Shown here in pieces: positions 18,269 through 25,249 of a stretch of 64,000 nt of DNA. The DNA comes from an uncultured Erysipelotrichaceae bacterium. GTDB taxonomy: Bacteria; Bacillota_I; Bacilli_A; RFN20; CAG-826. The notes under the pieces were generated by a model that ran no database searches, was not told the origin of the DNA, and saw nothing but the letters and a program-made list of their open reading frames with translations. The stretch covers positions 1,800 through 65,799 of the forward strand of contig CADBXE010000007.1 of NCBI GenBank assembly GCA_902798595.1. Reading direction: 5' to 3'. Within the stretch, counting starts at the first letter, position 1, and the number at the start of each line of letters is the position of its first letter. A program made the translations under genes and the position numbers.

Positions 18269-19396
18269 TTATATTTTTCTTCTTTCAATCGATGAATTTT
18301 TATAGAACTCAGCTTTATTTTCGTACATCTTCTTTTCTGCATCTTTCAAGATGTCAATGATAGTAGCCTTCTTATTTTTCCTATAAGAGTAGCCAACCGA
18401 ACAGCTATAAGGAGTTTCATTAATTTTCTTTTCAAACTCACTGATTACTTCTTCGAGTTGTGATTCCTTAGCGTTGACCGCGATTAATAGGAATTCATCA
18501 CCACCCATGCGATAAGCAGTCATGTTGTTTTGTGCACATTCACTTATGATATGAGCGATAGTAGCAATGGCTTTATCACCTTCGAGGTGACCTTGATTAT
18601 CGTTAATGTGTTTGAGACCATTCATGTCGAATTGGATGACGCCTGTAATGGCTTTACCTAATCTATCGACATCGTGATAATAAGTTTCACGGTTAAATAA
18701 GCCAGTTAAACCATCAATTTGTGTTCTTTCAATATATAAGAACAAATAATAAACAATAGTACTAAATCCGATTGTAGTGCTTAAAACATAAATCTTTCCT
18801 GTTGGATTAAAGAACGATTCAATGATTACCGCAGTGACAACAAATAAAGAACAAACAATAAGAGTTAAACCATGCCACAAGTGTTTTGAAGAAATCTTGA
18901 TGACTGAAATGTAAACGAGGTAAACAAGATATAAAGCAGACACGATATGAGACGTAAATCTCAAAGGACCAGGACTAAATACCAATGTGTCTCCCGTTTC
19001 GGCTAAGTAGAAAGTGACAACAGTTTCCCTAGTCGGAGGAATAAACATTAGAGTATATATAAGGCCATTAACCACTAGTGGTATTAATAGCAAAAGTAGA
19101 TGTTTTTTGCTCTTAACTTCACCACTCATCATCATGAAGAAAAAGATGCAGAATGGGTTTAAAACATAGTTAAAGAACGAACACGCTATCGCTAATGGGA
19201 TGTTTACTACGACGTCTTTAGCATAGTCTTCTAACACCTTAGAAACGGACAAAAGAAGTGCAGCGGAAATGATTACCAACGAATAAATACTAATCCTTGG
19301 ATGTTGCTTAAAGCGAAGGATGGAGTTAGAAATCATCACTAAGCTAATAAGCAATAAGAAGAAATACTTAACTACAAAATCATTCAGCCAATCCAT
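18269..19396 (-). CDS. Membrane-bound diguanylate cyclase (GGDEF), paralog of the neighbour
   Basis: Multi-TM N-terminus, followed by LTGLFNR...GHLEGDKAI...RMGGDEF. Confidence 0.85.
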   Translation of the reverse strand: MDWLNDFVVKYFFLLLISLVMISNSILRFKQHPRISIYSLVIISAALLLSVSKVLEDYAKDVVVNIPLAIACSFFNYVLNPFCIFFFMMMSGEVKSKKHLLLLLIPLVVNGLIYTLMFIPPTRETVVTFYLAETGDTLVFSPGPLRFTSHIVSALYLVYLVYISVIKISSKHLWHGLTLIVCSLFVVTAVIIESFFNPTGKIYVLSTTIGFSTIVYYLFLYIERTQIDGLTGLFNRETYYHDVDRLGKAITGVIQFDMNGLKHINDNQGHLEGDKAIATIAHIISECAQNNMTAYRMGGDEFLLIAVNAKESQLEEVISEFEKKINETPYSCSVGYSYRKNKKATIIDILKDAEKKMYENKAEFYKNSSIERRKI

Positions 19397-19447
19397 ATGC
19401 AGTTATTTTACAATCATGTAAATTAACTAGCAATTATAAGTTATTCG

Positions 19448-19888
19448 TTAGTTCTTCCAATGTTTCAAGTTTGGAAGCATTCCTTTCATATAAGTTTGTG
19501 CTTGCTCTTCAGAAAAACCTTGTGCAACCATGTGTGGCAAGCATGTCTTAATCAGGTCGTCCATATTGTCGTACGTGAATTTTTCATCGTGATAGCACCA
19601 CTGGCAATATTCTTCATTGAAAGAGCCATCTTTTTCTCTGCTCATCAAAGAATCTTGTAAAGGCATGCCACAGCATTGGCATATCAATTGTCTTGGAGAA
19701 CCCAATAAAGTGTTTATCGAAACATCGAATAGTTTTGATAACAATTTGAGGGTTTCTGTATTCGGAGTGGTTTCGCCAGTTTCCCAACGAGAAACAGCTT
19801 GTCTAGTGACCATAACTTTTTCCGCAAGTTCTTCCTGGGATAGACCATTTTTAGTTCTTAATTCTAGTAATATGTCTTTAGTTTCCAT
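19448..19888 (-). CDS. XRE-family HTH regulator with C-terminal zinc-ribbon domain
   Basis: HTH segment GLSQEELAEKVMVTRQAVSRWETGETTP followed by CQCCGMP...CQWCYH. Confidence 0.75.
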   Translation of the reverse strand: METKDILLELRTKNGLSQEELAEKVMVTRQAVSRWETGETTPNTETLKLLSKLFDVSINTLLGSPRQLICQCCGMPLQDSLMSREKDGSFNEEYCQWCYHDEKFTYDNMDDLIKTCLPHMVAQGFSEEQAQTYMKGMLPNLKHWKN

Positions 19889-19961
19889 TTTTTCTTCCTC
19901 CGCTTACATTATGAATTGTTATCAAAGCCATGCAAGCAACGCGTTGTTGCTATTAAAACCA

Positions 19962-20606
19962 CTACTTATTAAGCAGAGATTTAAGTTCTTCTTTGCTGTT
20001 TGATAAATCGCCAGTAAGGAATGGAATTAGTTTTTTAATCTCTTCAATGTCTTTATCCCACCACTTCAATTCTAAAAGTAGATCGATCGTTTCTTTATCA
20101 AATCTATATTTCTTAATGACAGCGGGATTGCCCGCTACAACTGCGTAAGGTGGAACATCTTTAGCCACAACTGCATTAGCACCAATAATTGCGCCATCCC
20201 CGATATGAACGCCTGGTAATATTGTGACTTTTTGTCCAATCCAAACATCATTACCCACTACTGTATCACCACGATTGCCTCTATCTCCAAAAGATCTCGA
20301 TAAACCTTTGAATTCATCAATGATTTCAAAAGGATATGTGGTTAAACAATCGAGCATATGATTAGCGCCATTCATCACGAATTCCACGCCTCTTGCTATA
20401 GCAACAAACTTGCCAATAATGAGCTTATCGCCCATGAAGTCATAATGATGGGTAACATGTTTTTCAAATGATTCTGGTCCATCCTCACTATCGTCATAGT
20501 AAGAATAGTCACCAACGATGATGTTTGGTCTCGTGATTACACTTTTAATATAGCAAAATGATTTAAACTGAGAGTTTGGATAAATAGGTTTTGTTTCTTT
20601 TTCCAT
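19962..20606 (-). CDS. Vat-family (xenobiotic/streptogramin A) hexapeptide O-acetyltransferase
   Basis: The layout matches Vat/XAT as I remember it: [14 protein letters not shown]...[12 protein letters not shown], left-handed beta-helix repeats, and C-terminal LKWWD. Confidence 0.75.
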   Translation of the reverse strand: MEKETKPIYPNSQFKSFCYIKSVITRPNIIVGDYSYYDDSEDGPESFEKHVTHHYDFMGDKLIIGKFVAIARGVEFVMNGANHMLDCLTTYPFEIIDEFKGLSRSFGDRGNRGDTVVGNDVWIGQKVTILPGVHIGDGAIIGANAVVAKDVPPYAVVAGNPAVIKKYRFDKETIDLLLELKWWDKDIEEIKKLIPFLTGDLSNSKEELKSLLNK

Positions 20607-20745
20607 ATAGATATGATAGCAAAAATGACTAGCTAAGATACATAGATTTTATAACTATATAAAAAAGATTATCCCACATTATGTGGAACAATCAACAAAG
20701 AAGCTTATTGACTTTCAGTTGTCTACAATTTGTATACAGCTCAAC

Positions 20746-20772
20746 AAAAAAGGACTGACACATTGTATCAAT
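20746..20772. repeat. Direct repeat copy R1 (aaaaaaggactgacacattgtatcaat)
   Basis: About 85% identical, with one indel, to R2 at 21436-21463. R2 is the hairpin/U-run terminator following tRNA-Glu on the minus strand. Confidence 0.7.
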
Positions 20773-20878
20773 TTATTAGTACACATCAATCTTTGATTGA
20801 AAATTCATTTTGACAGCAAGTGTAAATTATATATAATATAAGTGTGAACCCAAGTTGGCAAATGGAGCCTTCCTCGGT

Positions 20879-21412
20879 TCATTTTTTTATAGTTATTTTG
20901 CTTTTAGGAATGTTATTTATATAATTGTCCAACTTTTTCTTAGGATACAAAGTGACTACTTTGTTGATGTTTGCATTACGATTTAAGGTTAAAGGTGAAC
21001 CTGTTTCTACTATTGCGATGATTGGATCTCCACAGCTAGCAATTATGCTTGTCACAATAACAAATCTAGTTCCATACACACTTACTATGCATCTAGTGTT
21101 TTGTAAATCGTGCAAAGAGTCATAAATCTCTTCTGGTGAAAGACCATGAAAATTGTGCTTGCCCTTAGCTCCTAACGGTTGCATACATTCCCATAGCGTT
21201 TTACCAGTAATAAATAGAGAGCCCTTTCTAAAAACATTAATATCTAAGTTATCATTAATATTTTTTAAATGAGAATTAAGTAACTCAATATCAAAAGGAA
21301 CATAATCATTTGTTTTGAAGGTTTCAAATGCTTTAACTGCCTCTTTTTTATTCCCAAGATTGATTTTGCGTATCATGCCTATATTATTACATATTATGTA
21401 ATAACTTGTCAT
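20879..21412 (-). CDS. Orphan hypothetical protein (~165-177 aa), possibly MuF-C/polyvalent-protein-type domain
   Basis: The ORF is trimmed to exclude the part that overlaps tRNA-Glu; candidate starts are at 21412 or 21376, both with a poor SD. The segment HGLSPEEIYDSLHDLQNT...DPIIAIVETG...NKVVTLYPKKK resembles, from memory, domains at the ends of phage MuF/polyvalent proteins. Confidence 0.45.
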   Translation of the reverse strand: MTSYYIICNNIGMIRKINLGNKKEAVKAFETFKTNDYVPFDIELLNSHLKNINDNLDINVFRKGSLFITGKTLWECMQPLGAKGKHNFHGLSPEEIYDSLHDLQNTRCIVSVYGTRFVIVTSIIASCGDPIIAIVETGSPLTLNRNANINKVVTLYPKKKLDNYINNIPKSKITIKK

Positions 21413-21435
21413 TGATTTTTGCTGAAAAAGACAAG

Positions 21436-21463
21436 AAAAAAGGACTGGCACTTTCGTATCAAT
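21436..21463. repeat. Direct repeat copy R2 (aaaaaaggactggcactttcgtatcaat), also the tRNA-Glu terminator
   Basis: See R1. A second short repeat is also present: aaccaagttgg at 21471-21481, overlapping the tRNA CCA end, versus acccaagttgg at 20848-20858. Confidence 0.7.
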
Positions 21464-21478
21464 CCTATTTAACCAAGT

Positions 21479-21555
21479 TGGTGACGAATACGGGATTCGA
21501 ACCCGTGAATGCATGCGTGAAAGGCATGTGAGTTAAGCCGCTTCTCCAATTCGCC
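21479..21555 (-). tRNA. trnE: tRNA-Glu (anticodon UUC)
   Basis: GGCGAATTGGAGAAGCGGCTTAACTCACATGCCTTTCACGCATGCATTCACGGGTTCGAATCCCGTATTCGTCACCA. Confidence 0.95.
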
Positions 21556-21558
21556 AAG

Positions 21559-21634
21559 TGGCGCCTACCGAGGGACTCGAACCCACGACCGATCGGTTAA
21601 CAGCCGATAGCTCTACCGACTGAGCTAGGTAGGC
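21559..21634 (-). tRNA. trnN: tRNA-Asn (anticodon GUU)
   Basis: GCCTACCTAGCTCAGTCGGTAGAGC...CTGTTAA...GGGTTCGAGTCCC...GGCGCCA. Confidence 0.95.
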
Positions 21635-21663
21635 AACGCTTTATAAGCGCGAATAAAATATTA

Positions 21664-21855
21664 TCATGTGCGAACAGCAATGACAACAATTTCATCAGTG
21701 GCAAATTCGACATTTAAAGCTTCTTCGATCTTTAACATAGTTTCAACTAAATCCAAAGAATCGAGGCCCAAATCATCTAATTTGTCATCGTAATTAATCG
21801 CACCGATATTAATACGGTCTTTTATTGCTTCTTTTACAATTTCTAATGCTTCCAT
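21664..21855 (-). CDS. Acyl carrier protein-like, C-terminally short (63 aa)
   Basis: Phosphopantetheine attachment motif DDLGLDSLDLVETMLKIEE. The protein ends shortly after helix III, directly against tRNA-Asn. Confidence 0.6.
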   Translation of the reverse strand: MEALEIVKEAIKDRINIGAINYDDKLDDLGLDSLDLVETMLKIEEALNVEFATDEIVVIAVRT

Positions 21856-21864
21856 GTCCCCACT

Positions 21865-21893
21865 ATAATACAATAACTTCCCCCACCCTTCAA
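21865..21893 (-). promoter_or_regulatory. Sigma-A-type promoter of the ACP-like gene (TTGAAG-17 nt-TATTAT), giving a near-leaderless mRNA
   Basis: On the minus strand, the -35 is at 21888-21893 and the -10 at 21865-21870. The -10 ends 9 nt before the ATG. Confidence 0.4.
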
Positions 21894-21894
21894 T

Positions 21895-21922
21895 ATAAAA
21901 AACGGCCTTTTTATGAGCCGTT
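21895..21922 (-). terminator. Hairpin terminator immediately after the pilin-like ORF
   Basis: Minus strand AACGGC-10 nt-GCCGUU followed by UUUUUU. Confidence 0.55.
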
Positions 21923-21927
21923 AGTTT

Positions 21928-22095
21928 TTAGAAAGTAAGCATTTCTGCTTTTGGATTTGTTGTCACTGCTTTAGCAACTTCGCTTGAAACTGAGCTTGTT
22001 AAGTTTTGAAATACAGCGGTAATGCCTGTAGCAACGACACCAAAGACGAGAATTACTAGGATGATACCAAGTAGTTGTCCTTTGATTTCTGACAT
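21928..22095 (-). CDS. Pilin-like small protein (55 aa), absent from the ORF track
   Basis: Own translation: MSEIKGQLLGIILVILVFGVVATGITAVFQNLTSSVSSEVAKAVTTNPKAEMLTF. A strong SD is present (GAAAGGAGGTCAATATG). It has a short charged leader ending in Gly, then a hydrophobic helix. It is the last gene of the filament operon. Confidence 0.65.
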   Translation of the reverse strand: MSEIKGQLLGIILVILVFGVVATGITAVFQNLTSSVSSEVAKAVTTNPKAEMLTF

Positions 22096-22108
22096 ATTGA
22101 CCTCCTTT

Positions 22109-22450
22109 CTACCCGTAAAATCCCACGACTGTCATTCTTGTAATGGCAATAATCATCTTCCTCTTATTGATAATAAGGGGTTGATAATTCGTGAAAATGG
22201 TATAGGTGATTTCCTCACCGATATAAGGGGACGGGTTATTTTTGCAAACAAAATTCACGTCATATGTTTCTTGGACTTGTATCTTAAAACGATTATCGAT
22301 AACACCATTCTTCGAAATAAGATAAGAAATGTTATTCGCTTTAGCGTCCAGGGAAGAATATATGCTTTGAATCGAAATCAGGTCCGCGCCGAAAAGAAAG
22401 CACATTGAGACGAATACCATTGATATGATAAGACCAACTTTATACGACAT
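22109..22450 (-). CDS. Prepilin-like/TadE-like minor pilin candidate (113 aa)
   Basis: The N-terminus MSYKVGLIISMVFVSMCFLFGADL has the same MSxx(K/V)G-plus-hydrophobic layout as the 55-aa pilin. Its start overlaps the upstream gene. Confidence 0.5.
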   Translation of the reverse strand: MSYKVGLIISMVFVSMCFLFGADLISIQSIYSSLDAKANNISYLISKNGVIDNRFKIQVQETYDVNFVCKNNPSPYIGEEITYTIFTNYQPLIINKRKMIIAITRMTVVGFYG

Positions 22451-23114
22451 TTATCAAATCTCCCAAGATGGACAATATCGACATCGTCAAAGTAATGGTT
22501 ATTAAACCCGCACCTACTAAAGGGAAAGAGGACATATTAGCGAGCGAGTTTGATTTCTGTTCCATCATTTCACGATTTCGGTTCCTTGCCAGTTCAGTAA
22601 AAATGACATCAAATTGTTTTAATTGATGAGTGTTTTCTCCCTGATCCACCATTTGATAAATTGATAGCATCAAGCTATGGGTGGACAGTTGATGGAAATT
22701 ATTGGCGAAGTTAACAAATGGTTGAACAGATTTATCTTCATCTATTTCTTTTAGAAGTGTTTCAATTTTATCTTTCAACCAAGAAGAACAATAAGGAATC
22801 AACATGTTGAATGACTGATAGACATTATTTTTATTCTGCACATAGACTTCGAAATAAGAGATGATGGCAATTAATTCATTCTCGCGACTCTTGATTAATG
22901 CTTTTTTCTTATCGTTAAATCTGCCGAGCAAGAAATAATTAATCGCAAAAAGGGATATCAAGCAAAAGATAGCGAAGATGACATTATTTAATAAGAAATA
23001 AATAAGAAACGCTAAACCCAGAATAATGATGTTAACACTCACCACTTTGAGCATTTCTTTGGTGTATGATAAACCGACAAATTCGATTGTTTCTTTTAGA
23101 TTATTTTTCGTCAT
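22440..23114 (-). CDS. Half-size GspF/TadC-like platform membrane protein
   Basis: 224 aa with N-terminal TMs, a cytoplasmic helical domain and C-terminal TMs. The SD is GGAGGGGTGG. It pairs with the neighbouring paralog. Confidence 0.6.
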   Translation of the reverse strand: MTKNNLKETIEFVGLSYTKEMLKVVSVNIIILGLAFLIYFLLNNVIFAIFCLISLFAINYFLLGRFNDKKKALIKSRENELIAIISYFEVYVQNKNNVYQSFNMLIPYCSSWLKDKIETLLKEIDEDKSVQPFVNFANNFHQLSTHSLMLSIYQMVDQGENTHQLKQFDVIFTELARNRNREMMEQKSNSLANMSSFPLVGAGLITITLTMSILSILGDLINVV

Positions 23115-23808
23115 CTTTCCACCCCTCCAAAATAATATTTGTGATACGGCTGACCATTACGTAGATGGACAAAATCAAAAATAGAAAGATAACGACTACT
23201 GAGATTTGATAAAAAGGCGTTTTAACAATATGAGTAAAGAATTGTGATAACGCAAACCTTAGAGAAATGAGAATTACTAAGGTAAGACTCCATAGAACAA
23301 TGAATTCCACTAAGCGAGAACGGTTTGTTGATTCGCAAAACAAGATGTATTCTTCTTTTAAGCGCACTTGATTGACTAGATGTTGACTCATTGAAAGAAT
23401 ATCTCCTCCTTGCTCATTCCATAGTGAAACGGTATCCAAAAACAAACGATAGAGATCGAATTTAAAATATTTGCACAAGTAAGATAGCTTTTCACTCTCA
23501 TCAAAATCCTTTATTGAATCAATAATTTCTCTAGTAGAACTATCCGCGGTGTTATAGCTACTTTCTCTAGCCGCGGACATTGAACCTTTAATGCTTAGAG
23601 AAACAAGATATGAGTTAATAAACTGATAGCACTGATGGTAGCGGCGGGTTTTTGTTCGGTATTTATCAATTTGCCTTCTGACGAGGAAAACGAAGAAAGC
23701 CATCGATAATAAGAAGATAAATAAGCATAGAAAGATGTTTTCGCTCGCCATATAAATCAGGCCTCCAAAGGCTAAAGAGACAAAGGTACCAATTAATAAA
23801 AAGTTCAT
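23101..23808 (-). CDS. Half-size GspF/TadB-like platform membrane protein
   Basis: 235 aa with the same TM-cytoplasmic domain-TM layout. It has a 4-nt ATGA overlap with the ATPase gene. Confidence 0.6.
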   Translation of the reverse strand: MNFLLIGTFVSLAFGGLIYMASENIFLCLFIFLLSMAFFVFLVRRQIDKYRTKTRRYHQCYQFINSYLVSLSIKGSMSAARESSYNTADSSTREIIDSIKDFDESEKLSYLCKYFKFDLYRLFLDTVSLWNEQGGDILSMSQHLVNQVRLKEEYILFCESTNRSRLVEFIVLWSLTLVILISLRFALSQFFTHIVKTPFYQISVVVIFLFLILSIYVMVSRITNIILEGWKDDEK

Positions 23809-24863
23809 TTAGTTCCTCCTAGATAAGTCTTTTTGAATAAATCACTGACATTTGAAATGTTGAGTAAGGCAAGGGCTTTGTCAGACAACGATTTATACTT
23901 TTTATTCTCCCCGTCACTACCATATATTTCTTCCATCTCTTTACCATTAAGGTAAGCAATGGATGAAATGTATCTTAATACCGCACCACTATTGAGGTAC
24001 TTTCTCTTCATGTAGATATAGAAACGCATGTGGTAGGCTATATCCTGATAAACATCGTTAAAATCCATTTTTTGTTCATTCATCATCACCATTCTCACCA
24101 TGCGATATGGGATGCTTTCAACATCAAAGGCATGCAAAGTTGTGATGATGGGATGGCCAGTTAAAGAAGAATTCAAAACATCAATCATTTCTTGACCACG
24201 CGATTCCGCGACTATCAGCCAGTCAGGATTGCTTCTTAATGCGGTTCTCACTAGGCTTTGAATTGAAGCTTTATAACGATTCTCATCAACTTGCCAAATA
24301 TTTAAATCAAGTTTTTTGTCAATTCTAAGCTGGTCTAATTCCAAAATATTGTCTATAACAATGGTTCTGCTATTTTCTCCCATTCTTGTAATGAGATATT
24401 TTTGTAATTCGGTTTTGCCTGAACCAGTTAATCCTCCAATGACAATCGAGACATTAGAACTAACTAAAACATCCAATAATTCACATACTTCTTTGGGAAA
24501 GAATTGCTCATTTTGTTCAATACGCAATTTATTTGATGCTATGCGTACGGAAAAACAAATGCACTCTATATTGTTTTTACGACATATGCTTTGATGCAAA
24601 GCGCTTAAGCGATATTTTCCAAAGGAAACATCTAGTTCCGGACTTTGAAATGAGAATTGTTTTTCAGAAAGGTTAGCGATTTGCCTAATAAAGTCTTTGA
24701 CTAGTTGTGGTTCCACCTCCACATCTCTTCTTAATCTGCCAAAACGGTTATCGATGTAATAAAGAGATTCTCCGTTATAAGAAATATCTGTTACACTTTC
24801 TAAATTTAGAAGGTCTCTTAAGAATGAAGATTCTAGATATTCAATCAATTTCTTCACATCCAT
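23805..24863 (-). CDS. Type II/IV secretion family ATPase (TadA/CpaF/VirB11-like)
   Basis: Walker A GGLTGSGKTE, Asp-box-like TIVIDNILELDQ, Walker B PDWLIVAESRG and His box GHPIITTLHA. Confidence 0.85.
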   Translation of the reverse strand: MDVKKLIEYLESSFLRDLLNLESVTDISYNGESLYYIDNRFGRLRRDVEVEPQLVKDFIRQIANLSEKQFSFQSPELDVSFGKYRLSALHQSICRKNNIECICFSVRIASNKLRIEQNEQFFPKEVCELLDVLVSSNVSIVIGGLTGSGKTELQKYLITRMGENSRTIVIDNILELDQLRIDKKLDLNIWQVDENRYKASIQSLVRTALRSNPDWLIVAESRGQEMIDVLNSSLTGHPIITTLHAFDVESIPYRMVRMVMMNEQKMDFNDVYQDIAYHMRFYIYMKRKYLNSGAVLRYISSIAYLNGKEMEEIYGSDGENKKYKSLSDKALALLNISNVSDLFKKTYLGGTK

Positions 24864-25249
24864 TAGTTGCTCCTTATCTCATAGAAGAGAGTTTTTTCAT
24901 AGTGGTAGTTAAGAACCAGATTCGCTTCAACAGTTACTTCAATTGCCGAACAATTCTCAGAAACGCACAAGGAGTGATTACTAGGATTGTAATAATAAAA
25001 ATCCAAAGTATAATCGTCAGCATATCTTTTCATCAAAGCATTAAAATAAGAGGTTAATTTTTCTTCTAAAGTATCTTTGATAAAAAATGCACCATTATTT
25101 TCATCAACGCCATAGAGGTTTAATGATGTTTCAAATAGAGAAACTGGGACACCGTAAACCAAGCGATTAATACCATTCACTTGATAAGAAATCATAAAGA
25201 AATTAAAGGAGAGAGTGACCACTAATAAGGCAAAAAATATCATCGCCAT
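24863..25249 (-). CDS. Membrane-anchored protein of the filament operon (128 aa), possible minor pilin/assembly factor
   Basis: N-terminal hydrophobic helix MAMIFFALLVVTLSFNFFMI followed by a soluble domain. Both ends overlap neighbouring genes by 1 nt (TAATG). Confidence 0.4.
   Translation of the reverse strand: MAMIFFALLVVTLSFNFFMISYQVNGINRLVYGVPVSLFETSLNLYGVDENNGAFFIKDTLEEKLTSYFNALMKRYADDYTLDFYYYNPSNHSLCVSENCSAIEVTVEANLVLNYHYEKTLFYEIRSN

Noticed and set aside
20847-20880. The sequence gaacc...ggttc plus a T-run after the orphan gene, considered as a tRNA 3' fragment marking an att site.
   Set aside because: Apart from the 11-nt ccaagttgg match, the sequence does not align to the tRNA-Glu acceptor and T arms. 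It is more simply a weak hairpin near the stop codon.
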